This document shows, piece after piece, positions 1-8,709 of a stretch of DNA of 64,000 nucleotides (within the stretch, counting starts at the first letter, position 1; the number at the start of each line of letters is the position of its first letter). The stretch lies in assembly GCA_963749495.1 (NCBI GenBank), contig CAVVMW010000012.1:540518-604517 (forward strand), in the 5' to 3' direction. The notes beneath the pieces were generated by a model. It ran no database searches. It was given only the letters and a program-made list of their open reading frames with translations, and was not told the origin of the DNA. This stretch comes from an uncultured bacterium (lineage in GTDB: Bacteria; Verrucomicrobiota; Verrucomicrobiia; Limisphaerales; UBA8199). Position numbers and translations under genes: made by a program.

Positions 1-218
1 TGTTTAATGGGAGCAGACCATCGCCCCAGTGTCTGCGCGCTATCTCCGCGTCCGCGCGCTCAAGCCCGACGGCGACCACCAGAAAGGCGGCCAGATGAGC
101 GTGGCGGAACTGGAGGTTTACGCAACCGAAACGACCCGGTGACAGCGGCCCTGATCACCGTGCTCAAGCTCGACGAGATGGTGGCTCAGGCGGCTCACCC
201 TCGGTAAGGCGGACCCGT

Positions 219-761
219 GTGTATTACGGCTCGAGCATTACCCAGGGCGGGTGCGCGTCCAACCCGGGCGGCTCCTGCCAGGCGATTCTCGAGCGAAAGC
301 TCAACGCGGATTTTGTGAACCTGGGTTTCAGCGGGAACGGGTTGGGCGAACCGGCATTGGCCGAGGCGATTTGCGAGTTGGACCCGTCCTGCGTCGTGCT
401 CGATTTTTGGGGCAACCCATCGGCGGCCCAATACGCTGCCGCGCTCCCGGTCTTCGTGGACATCCTGCGCCAGAAAGGGCCTCGGCTGCCCATCCTGGTC
501 ACCGGCCCGTTCTACTTCCCGGCAGAGGCGAGCGGAGGCGATGTGGCCCGCGAGCAGTCGGCCAAACGCCGCGCGGCCCAGGAGTTCGTTGAGAAGCGGC
601 GCAAAGGCGGGGATCGCAGGATCTGGTATGTGGATGGGCTCAAGATGCTCAGCCGGGACCAGGCCGCCGGCCTGGTTGATGGAGTACACTGCAACTCCCT
701 CGGCTTCTACTTCAATGCTCTCGGGTTGGAGCCGTACCTCCGGAAGGCCCTCATTTGGTGA
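219..761 (+). pseudogene. SGNH/GDSL hydrolase family protein, N-terminally truncated
   Basis: YGSSITQG (catalytic Ser block), NLGFSGNG and DGVH motifs; the ORF begins right at block I with no N-terminal region in frame. Confidence 0.7.
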
Positions 762-866
762 TCGGCGACGCGGCGTGGTCCCTGGTCGCGCAGTTGCGCG
801 AGGAGAACATCGCCCGCTATTTGGATGATCGCCAGAGGCGGGGATTCAACTCTATCATTGTCAACC
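755..866 (+). pseudogene. Short remnant of a DUF4038/apiosidase-like glycoside hydrolase
   Basis: IGDAAWSLVAQLREENIARYLDDRQRRGFNSIIVNL matches the GDxAW...YLxDRxxxGFN start of this family; similarity ends at the stop codon of the convergent gene. Confidence 0.55.
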
Positions 867-2264
867 TTATAGCCACTTTTTGCGTTGCTCCAGATGGATC
901 AGCGAATCGGCTCCTGGCTCACCTTTGGCTTTCATGTCTTGGCTGTCCCACTCGATGGGTTTGCCGAAGCGGAGCGCCACCATGCCCACCATCGCCACCT
1001 CCGCAATCTCAGCGCTGGAGACGAAGCCCTGGAAGGTCCCGGGGCCGCCTTTGCAGGCGTCGAGCCATTCCTGCACGTGGTTTTTCGGCGCGCGGGGGAG
1101 CGTCGCGGCGACCCCCTTGCAGGATGCGTGGTCCAGCACCCTGCGGGATTCGGATTCTCCCTTGAGCTTCACCATGCCCCCCACGCCCCAGGCGTCGGAG
1201 AAAAGCAGGCCCTTTTCGCCGGCGAACAACACGCCATTGGTGGGCACTTTGTCGAGGGTGGAAACCAGTTCTTTGCCCAATTCCTCCGGCGGGCCGGCTT
1301 TGACGCCATCATGCCACCAGACGGTCACGGGAGCAAACTGGCCGTGAGCAGGGAATTCCCAGCGAAAATCGTTAGCGGAGGGATAACTGTCCTTCAGTGG
1401 TTCGGCTATTTGGACCGTGACGCGCTGGGGAGCGCCCAATTGCAGGGCCCGCCAGGGCAAATTGATCGCGTGCGCTCCCATGTCGGCAAGGTGGCCGTCT
1501 CCGAACGCCAGCCAGCGGCCCCAGGCCAGGCAGCCGCCCAGGTAATAATTCTTGAACGGCAAGACCGGCGAGGGGCCGCACCAGAAATCCCAGTTCAAGC
1601 CCTCCGGAATCGGGTCCGCATCGGTCGCGATGGGGGCGCTCGGGTCAAACGTGCGGTTAATCCAGCAATGCACCTCCCGGATCTGTCCCAGCACTCCGGC
1701 TTGGATGACTTCCATGCTCCGCCGGAAAGTCGCGCTGGACCCTCCTTGGGTGCCAACCTGGGTCACTAATTTGGAGCGTCGGGCGATCTCGCGAATCTCG
1801 CGCGCCTCGGCTACGCTATGGGCCAACGGCTTCTCACAAAAGACATGTTTGCCCGCCTGCAAGGCGGCCTTGCTCATGGGCACGTGCCAGCGCTGGCCGG
1901 AGGCGATGACCACGGCGTCCACCGATTTTTCCGCGGCCAGCAGCTTGCGGTAGTCTTCATAGACGTTGGCCTTCTCCACGGCCGCGCCCGCGGCCCCGTG
2001 TTTGGCAGCCTCTTTCTTCAACTGCGTGACCCGGCTGGAATTGACTTCACACAGCGCCACCACGTTTTCGCCCGGGTCCAGGATCGAGGGCAATAGTTGA
2101 CGCATACGGCCCCCGCACCCGAGCAAGGCGATGTTGAGCTTATTGTTGGCCGCAGCTCCGAAGGCGCTCCCCGGACGAACGTAGGACAGTGTCCAGGCGC
2201 CGGCCCCGGCCGCGCCGAGTTGTTTGAGGAAAGAACGACGAGTGGTCTGAAGATTGCGTTGCAT
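867..2264 (-). CDS. Gfo/Idh/MocA family oxidoreductase with Tat signal
   Basis: TRRSFLK Tat motif, GCGG Rossmann motif, HVFCEKPLA, DMGAH; start set at ATG 2264. Confidence 0.9.
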   Translation of the reverse strand: MQRNLQTTRRSFLKQLGAAGAGAWTLSYVRPGSAFGAAANNKLNIALLGCGGRMRQLLPSILDPGENVVALCEVNSSRVTQLKKEAAKHGAAGAAVEKANVYEDYRKLLAAEKSVDAVVIASGQRWHVPMSKAALQAGKHVFCEKPLAHSVAEAREIREIARRSKLVTQVGTQGGSSATFRRSMEVIQAGVLGQIREVHCWINRTFDPSAPIATDADPIPEGLNWDFWCGPSPVLPFKNYYLGGCLAWGRWLAFGDGHLADMGAHAINLPWRALQLGAPQRVTVQIAEPLKDSYPSANDFRWEFPAHGQFAPVTVWWHDGVKAGPPEELGKELVSTLDKVPTNGVLFAGEKGLLFSDAWGVGGMVKLKGESESRRVLDHASCKGVAATLPRAPKNHVQEWLDACKGGPGTFQGFVSSAEIAEVAMVGMVALRFGKPIEWDSQDMKAKGEPGADSLIHLEQRKKWL

Positions 2265-2456
2265 ACAGTTGGTCAGATAATGAGTTAATGACTGCGCTCC
2301 CAGGAGCCTACCAGGTTGGGTCCATGATTGGAACACAAAACTCGCGCAGAATTCGCAACTGGGCGGTGAGACAGAATTCCTCGCCCCACAGGGTCCGCGC
2401 AGGTGTTGGAAGGACATCGTGCCTGGGCAGCTAGACACTCGTCCGGCTCTGCTCAT

Positions 2457-2670
2457 CGCGTAGCGATGATACGAAGGTAGCCGTGTGGCTTCAGCCCACG
2501 GAAAGGGGTTTTGGCCAGAGGGGTCGCGTCGCGTAGCGACGCCTGAGGCGCCCACCCCCTCGGGGCGGCACTCCGTTTCACGCGTCGCTACGCAACGCCG
2601 GGGCTTCTCCGGTACCTTGACCGGGGGCTAAAGCCGCCCGGCTACCATCTGGACACCGCTCCGCGGTGAA
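2457..2670. repeat. REP-like palindromic intergenic element
   Basis: Inverted pairs gtagccgtgtggcttcagccc/gggctaaagccgcccggctac and cgtcgcgtagcgacgc/gcgtcgctacgcaacg. Confidence 0.6.
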
Positions 2671-2744
2671 CAGGGGCCCGCCGATCCGAAAAGTGCTGGC
2701 CTAGCGCCGCATCCTCTCGACCAAGCGGTGCCAGTTCTGGCACG

Positions 2745-3051
2745 ACCAGTCCAGGTGGGATGAAGCGCCTTCAAGAGGGTGCGGATGAAGACCGCGTCAA
2801 TGCTGCGCCCCTTCTTGCCCTCGTGGAGACACACGATTTGCGTGCGGCTAGGCACGGACCCACCCCCGTGCAACAGCCTCGCCAGCGGTGAGTCCCGCCG
2901 GAATCTTCAAGGGCCCGATGCGGGTAGGCAACGTATGATTGTCGCGCCTCGTGCCGGCTCCGTTGGGACCGCACAGGACGCCGAAGGAGTCGAATTCAGT
3001 CTTGAAGGCGACAAGGCACCGGAAATTGTTGGCATAGAGCCGCGTTATCAT
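2745..3051 (-). pseudogene. Remnant of an ABC/AAA-type ATPase gene (N-terminus only) plus the start of a downstream gene
   Basis: MITRLYANNFRCL...VLCGPNGAG is a RecF/AAA_21-like first strand and Walker A, cut before GKS; followed by a protein-like fragment RTQIVCLHEGKKGRSIDAVFIRTLLK. Confidence 0.55.
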
Positions 3052-3119
3052 GGGGCGATGGTACTAGCGTTTAAGTTCTCGTCAATCTCGCCGGAACAAG
3101 TCCGGACTTGATGACAGCC

Positions 3120-3494
3120 TCAAGCTCCGGATTCATGCCCTGGAAAAAGCTCATCCGCGAGCCTTTGGTATTCCACTTCCGGCATCGGATTGTAGATCGC
3201 CTCCCAGGACTCCGAGAGCTTCCAGAGCACCGCCCGCAACTCACCGGCTGCTGTTGGGTCAGGGTACTCCGGGTCTTCGGCTTGCGCCAGGAAAACCCGC
3301 ACCAGCCGAAGCAACCATTTGAGCGACTGTTTGTGCCGGTCCATCATTTCCGCATGAGGGGTGCCCTGCAAAATGCACGCACGTTGCCAATCCAAAAAAG
3401 AATGGCAGCATTTGACCAGGACCTCGACGGTTCCGCGCAGGAGGTTCTCAGCACTGGCGGCGGTCGAGTTCTCAAGGACCATTGTTGCGTTCAC
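3120..3494 (-). CDS. Hypothetical protein (124 aa)
   Basis: Protein-like helical composition; GAAGG upstream of the GTG start. Confidence 0.55.
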   Translation of the reverse strand: MNATMVLENSTAASAENLLRGTVEVLVKCCHSFLDWQRACILQGTPHAEMMDRHKQSLKWLLRLVRVFLAQAEDPEYPDPTAAGELRAVLWKLSESWEAIYNPMPEVEYQRLADELFPGHESGA

Positions 3495-3577
3495 ACCTTC
3501 ACCATCACAGAATTTGACGCTCGAAGCAACCCCCGCTGTAATCGGTCAGTGAAGGCGGAAACGGAGTCCCCGGCGAA

Positions 3578-3775
3578 CCCCTCACCCCGGCCCTCTCCCC
3601 TTCCGAAGGCCTGCCTGCCGGCGGGCAGGGGAGAGGGAGAAACGTCGGCAGTCTCTTGAAATTCCCGGCATCTCTGTTTCCTCGAGCGGCTGCGCAGAAT
3701 TCTCCCTCGCCCCATCCGACTCGCCGCGCTGCCGCGCCGTCGCAGCGGGTGGGGAGAGGGCCGGGGTGAGGGGTC
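3578..3775. repeat. Pair of REP-like elements (ccctcaccccggccctctccc family) in inverted orientation
   Basis: ccctcaccccggccctctcccc at ~3579 and its reverse complement at ~3751-3773; related copies at 6018-6088, 34438-34480 and 45235-45280. Confidence 0.75.
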
Positions 3776-3963
3776 TGCCCGCGCTGCCGCTCCCGCCTTC
3801 ACTGAGAAGGTGTGAAAAAATGCCAAAACGGGCATCATCCATGAAAGCACCCCTCTGTTTTCCTGGGGATTTTGAAGATTTTTGCGGTGCTTGGCGCCGG
3901 AAATCGATTTTTTCACACCTTCTGAGGCCTTACCCCCCCGCTTTTCTTCTGATTTGACACGGC

Positions 3964-5001
3964 TCAGAGCTTGAAGGTTTCCATTGATTTCCAACCTGCG
4001 TCGTAGAATTGCGCCAGGGTTCTCTGCGTCGCCCCAAAGCTGATAAACTCTTCGGGCTTCATCCCGTCCGGCTCGTATGCCCGCACAAACTCTCTCATTC
4101 GCGACAATCTCTGGATGACCGCCGGAGGAACTTCGCGGTCAATTCGCTCCTCGCACCGCAATGGGCCGGACATCAAGGGCTCTTGCCAGCTTGGGAAGAT
4201 CGAAAAGATCATTTTGGCGCCGGCCAACTCGGTGGCGTGATAAAGGCCGCGCAGGGCGGCGACAATGATTTGCATTCCATCGCCGCGCGCCTCAAGGAGC
4301 GTGTAGGCCCGCTTGGCGATGGCCAGACCGGCCTGCTGGATATCGCCCTCGGGCACATCGGCCCGGCTATCCAGCGCCACGTCTCGCAGGTAATCGTCCA
4401 GTCTGCCAATCATGAGGACAGGAAAGCAGCTTCCGGGAGCCATCTCCCGGGCTTTGGCCCGCTCGATGCCTTTCCGGCGCCGCTCGGCAACGGCCAGCAC
4501 CTGCGGCACGGTGAAGCTCACGGTCAGGGTGACGGAAATGCCCTCGGCAACGCATTGCTCCAGCACATCCAGGCCCGCGCTGGTGGCCGGCAGCTTGACC
4601 GTGATGTTGGGCGACCAGGCGTGAAATCGCCGCGCCATCGCCAGCATGCCCTCGCGGTCTGCCGCCCGAGCCGGGTTGACCTGCGCGCAAACCCAGCCCT
4701 GCCGCCCCCCAGTCCCCTGGAACTGCGGCAACAGCTTCCGGGCCGCGTTCGTGACGGGAATGCGCATCAACCGCTCGGCGCGGTCTTCGGCGTTCGTGGC
4801 CACCGCCGCGGCTTCCCGGATTTCCGCCGCCCAAAGCTGGCGGTTGGCTGCCAAGGCAAGGTGCGACAAGAACGGATTGGTTGTCGCCCCGATTGCCCCG
4901 CGCTCGATCCCGCGCTCCAACTCGCGGGGGTCTGCCGAGTCATGCCACCAGCAGGTCCGCGTGGATTTCGATAGCCAGGAGAGATAATTTTCGTTCGGCA
5001 T
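3964..5001 (-). CDS. Transaldolase family protein
   Basis: WHDSA, GATTNP, VKLPAT (Schiff-base Lys) and IGRLDD motifs; start set at ATG 5001. Confidence 0.85.
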   Translation of the reverse strand: MPNENYLSWLSKSTRTCWWHDSADPRELERGIERGAIGATTNPFLSHLALAANRQLWAAEIREAAAVATNAEDRAERLMRIPVTNAARKLLPQFQGTGGRQGWVCAQVNPARAADREGMLAMARRFHAWSPNITVKLPATSAGLDVLEQCVAEGISVTLTVSFTVPQVLAVAERRRKGIERAKAREMAPGSCFPVLMIGRLDDYLRDVALDSRADVPEGDIQQAGLAIAKRAYTLLEARGDGMQIIVAALRGLYHATELAGAKMIFSIFPSWQEPLMSGPLRCEERIDREVPPAVIQRLSRMREFVRAYEPDGMKPEEFISFGATQRTLAQFYDAGWKSMETFKL

Positions 5002-5033
5002 TATCTCGACATGGTTAAGTTGGCTCCGTCGAG

Positions 5034-6191
5034 CTACATATTCAATCGGTGGCGCGCGTACTTCAAACTTTGCTCGACTGCCCGGTGTTCCAGCGCCATT
5101 TGCTCTGCCACCGGCAATTTCGAAATCTCCGCCAAGGGCGCCGGGCTGCTCTTGGCGCGGACCAACTGGAGGATGGGATTGACCGCGCTGCGCGGCACAC
5201 CCTCGAAGGTGGGCCAATACGCCTCGGTTTTGACCGGCACCTTAAGCGCGTCACGGGTGATGATTTCCAGGCCGAAGCGAATCGAGGGATTGGCCTGGCG
5301 CAGGAGCCGGACCATCGCCGGCAGGTCGAGAAAACCTTCCCCCAGCGCCACGTCGGCCAGCAGGAAGCCGTCCTGGTATTCGCGCACCGCCGCGTCTTTG
5401 ATGTGCGCGGTAATGGCCCAGGGCGCCAGGGCCCGCAGGGTCTCCACCGGATCTTCGAGAAGCGCGAGGTTGTTGATGAAATCCGCGCAGAGGCCGACCC
5501 ACTCGCTGCTCAAGCTCTTGAGCAAGGCAAGCTTCTCGGGCACGCGCTGGTCTTTGTGGTTCTCGACTGCCAGACGAAGCTGGTGGCGCGCCAAGACCGG
5601 CTCAATCGCTTGCAGGACCTGCGCGGCGCGCCTCTCGGCCTGGCGGAATTCGGCGAACGATTTGAACTGTTCGTAGCGCCGCCCGGGCAGGAGGGCGGTC
5701 CGCGCGAGGCTGGCGCCGGCCGCCTTGGCAACTTTCACCTGCTGTTCGAAGCGGTCCACCTCTTCAGGCTGGCTCGGGAAATTCAGAATCCCTTCCACGA
5801 ACATCCCATACTTCTCCGCCTGCCGGCGCACCTCGGCTGCGCGGGGCGAATCCTGCGGGCCGAATGGGCACTGGATGCCCCCGGCCCCAAGGGCATGGCT
5901 CTCCTCCAGGAAGGCCAAAGCGGGGGACAATCCCTCGTGACGCCCGCCCCAGCCATTCTTTTGGCTGATTTGGAGGGTGTAGATGACGACGCCCAGGCTG
6001 CTGCGCCCGGAAGGCGGCCCCTCACCCCGGCCCTCTCCCCGCCCGCTGCGACGGCGCGGCAGCGCGGCGAGTCGGACGGGGAGAGGGGGAAGGGGCTTTG
6101 CCCCGGTTGCGGAACACCCGCCGCCCAGCATCAGCGCGGAACAACCGCCCGCCAGCGCGGCCAAAGCTTGCCGACGATTCATTGCCTTCAT
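5034..6191 (-). CDS. Sugar phosphate isomerase/epimerase (xylose isomerase-like TIM barrel) with Tat signal
   Basis: NRRQAL Tat motif; LAVENHKD, DFIN, HIKD and LGEGFLD metal-binding motifs. Confidence 0.85.
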   Translation of the reverse strand: MKAMNRRQALAALAGGCSALMLGGGCSATGAKPLPPLPVRLAALPRRRSGRGEGRGEGPPSGRSSLGVVIYTLQISQKNGWGGRHEGLSPALAFLEESHALGAGGIQCPFGPQDSPRAAEVRRQAEKYGMFVEGILNFPSQPEEVDRFEQQVKVAKAAGASLARTALLPGRRYEQFKSFAEFRQAERRAAQVLQAIEPVLARHQLRLAVENHKDQRVPEKLALLKSLSSEWVGLCADFINNLALLEDPVETLRALAPWAITAHIKDAAVREYQDGFLLADVALGEGFLDLPAMVRLLRQANPSIRFGLEIITRDALKVPVKTEAYWPTFEGVPRSAVNPILQLVRAKSSPAPLAEISKLPVAEQMALEHRAVEQSLKYARHRLNM

Positions 6192-7591
6192 GCTTTGATG
6201 CCCAGGGCGCGCAGTTCAGCATCCCACGGCGCCCGATAGGGCCGCACCAGCATCGCATTGGCCTCGCGGTCACCCACCACTTCCTCCTTTTCTGCGTCCC
6301 AGACCAGCTTGCGGCCCCCGAGCCGAAGGGAAATATTGGACAGGTGGCAAGCCGTGGCCACTTCGTGGCCGCTCTGCAAATCAGAGAAGGGCTGCTGACG
6401 GGACTTCACGCAACCCAGGAAATTCCGCCCATGGCGTGAGTAGTCCTTGATGGCATTGCCGCTCTCATCTTTTTCGGGCGCAGTCCATAATTCGCCCTTT
6501 TCCTCAGGCTCAAGCTGGGGTCCGCCGACGGGGTGGCCTTTGACGCCCAGGATGCCGGCGACGGTGTTGTTCGGGTTGATCTTGGGGTCGGCGTGCAACT
6601 CGAACCCGCCTCGGGAAATCGGCAGGCAGCCAAAGGTGCCATAGAAGGTCAGGCCGCCCATGCCCAATCCGCCCTTGCCGGCTGTGGCCTCGCGGTATTG
6701 GCAGGTGACGGTAAAGCCCGGGTATTCCATAATGACATCCTGGGTATCGGGGACTTCGCAGTTGTCCTTCACGAACCAGCGGCCTCCGGTGCTATAGACC
6801 GATTTCGGGGCCTTCACACCGAGGATCCAATGCACCAGGTCGAGCGAGTGCTGGCCGAGATTGGTTCCTTGTCCTCCCGAGTAGTCCCAGAACCAGCGGA
6901 AGTGGTAAATGGAGCGGTTGGGGTTGTAAGGCCGCTTGGGGGCGGGTCCCAGGAACATGTCGTAATCGAGCTCCGCCGGCGGCGCTTGGTCCGGGGGATT
7001 GCCGAAGCCCGGCATGATGTTGCGGGAGTTGTTGTTGGACGCGGACACGATCTGGCCGAGTTTGCCCTGGCGGATGAGTTCGCGCGCGCGTTGGAAAGGC
7101 GGGCCCGAGCGGTTCTGGGTGCCGACCTGGATCACCCGTTTGGTGCGGCGCGCCACCTCCAGCATCCAGTCGCCTTCCTTCACGAATAATGTGGTGGGCT
7201 TCTCCACATAGACATCCTTGCCGGCGTCGCAGGCCATCATGGTCATCAGAGCGTGCCAGTGGTCCGGAGTGGCGACATAGACTGCATCCACGTTCCTGTC
7301 GGCCAGCAGCTTTCGGAAGTCAGCGTACCTGGCCACATTGCCGCCCGCCATGGCGGCGGCCGCATCCACCCTGCCCCGGTGCGCATCGCACACGGCACTG
7401 ACCTGCACATCCGGTTGTTCCTTCAGCGCGGCCATGTGGAACCGGCCGACGAGGCCGAAGCCAATCAATCCGACGTTGATGCGCTCATTGGCGCCCGTCA
7501 CGCGGCTGGCAGAAAGGGCGGTCAGCCCAAGAGCGCTCGTTTTGACAAAGTCACGGCGTGACATGGCAGTGAGGTTTGGTTTTGCTTTCAT
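6188..7591 (-). CDS. Gfo/Idh/MocA family oxidoreductase with Tat signal
   Basis: SRRDFVK, IGFGLVG, ATPDHWH, DVYVEKP; overlaps the next gene by 4 nt. Confidence 0.92.
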   Translation of the reverse strand: MKAKPNLTAMSRRDFVKTSALGLTALSASRVTGANERINVGLIGFGLVGRFHMAALKEQPDVQVSAVCDAHRGRVDAAAAMAGGNVARYADFRKLLADRNVDAVYVATPDHWHALMTMMACDAGKDVYVEKPTTLFVKEGDWMLEVARRTKRVIQVGTQNRSGPPFQRARELIRQGKLGQIVSASNNNSRNIMPGFGNPPDQAPPAELDYDMFLGPAPKRPYNPNRSIYHFRWFWDYSGGQGTNLGQHSLDLVHWILGVKAPKSVYSTGGRWFVKDNCEVPDTQDVIMEYPGFTVTCQYREATAGKGGLGMGGLTFYGTFGCLPISRGGFELHADPKINPNNTVAGILGVKGHPVGGPQLEPEEKGELWTAPEKDESGNAIKDYSRHGRNFLGCVKSRQQPFSDLQSGHEVATACHLSNISLRLGGRKLVWDAEKEEVVGDREANAMLVRPYRAPWDAELRALGIKA

Positions 7592-8065
7592 AGATTGCAC
7601 TCTCACTTCCGGCGGCTTCCACGGGGCGCGATATTGCAGGGGTCTTGAGGAAGTTTCGCCGGGAAGTTTGCACAGTGTTCATTTGCCGTTAGACAGTTGA
7701 TGGCACGACGAGCCAAATGGTTACCGGCGATTCTCCAAATGTCCAGATCAACTGCGCCTCATTACCTGCCATCTCGGCGGCGGGTGCTCAGCCACCACCG
7801 TGCGAGGCGGCATGGCCATCGCCACCAACAAGCGGCTGCACGCGGCTGAATGGGTGGGTGCATTCCCGAGGGGGCAGTCCGACCGCATCCGCGTGGTCGT
7901 GCCGGAGGTCAACCCATGCAGCAGACGCATTGTCCGGGCTATCTGCTCGCTCTGAATCCCCGGCCCGATGGGCCGCAAGGCAGAGGCGCCAGACCGGTCC
8001 GGGTGGGCAATGAAACAGATGGATCTTGAGTCTGGAGTTCATAACGGCAGGCGACTGCTTGACCA

Positions 8066-8275
8066 TCAGCCTCTTTCCTTCCGGTCCAACCTTTCGGCGG
8101 CGAAAAGGAGTATCCCGCCAAAGAAAAAGGCCATGCCGACAAGAAACAATCCAAGCACCGCCGCAACGATGAGGTCGTCGGATTTGCTGGCAATTGCTTT
8201 GCCGAGCAGCCACAGCCCGCCAATGGCGCAGAACAGGAATGACAAGACGGCAGTTGTACGAAGAAATGTTTTCAT
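8066..8275 (-). CDS. Small two-TM membrane protein
   Basis: 69-aa ORF from ATG 8275 with two hydrophobic segments. Confidence 0.55.
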   Translation of the reverse strand: MKTFLRTTAVLSFLFCAIGGLWLLGKAIASKSDDLIVAAVLGLFLVGMAFFFGGILLFAAERLDRKERG

Positions 8276-8709
8276 AAAACAGGGCAATTCACTTTGTATC
8301 ACAAAGTATATGACCCAACTTCTCGCTTCCTTGTTCAAAACCTTTGCCGCCAACTGGCGGAGCTGCGGGTGCAATCGTCCAAGAAAGGGCTGAAAAACCG
8401 GCACACCCGCAGAACGAAAGCCAACGTGCGGTGTCATTACACAGCGTTAGTCACCTGCTTTGCCCGCCGCAAATAGCGGGGTGCTCTGCTCGCGTTGGCC
8501 GTGTTCCACGTTCATCTGCGCAAATGGTATGGGGACCTGGCTGCCAGGCTTGCGTCCCGCCGCCAATAGCCCGGCCGGAGCAAATTCGGCGTTTTCCTCC
8601 AGCTCCGGCCCGCCGAAGGCGTCAGAGCATTGCGAAGGAGTGGCTTGGCATTCGCGCACCACCCGGATATGCTGGACAGGGTTGGTGAAGAAAATGGCCT
8701 CGAAGTTCA

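Noticed and set aside
7620..8700. Additional genes in the 7.6-8.7, 20.2-20.9 and 50.3-51.0 kb intervals
   Set aside because: The short ORFs there have no recognisable motifs or consistent frame; left unannotated apart from 8066-8275.
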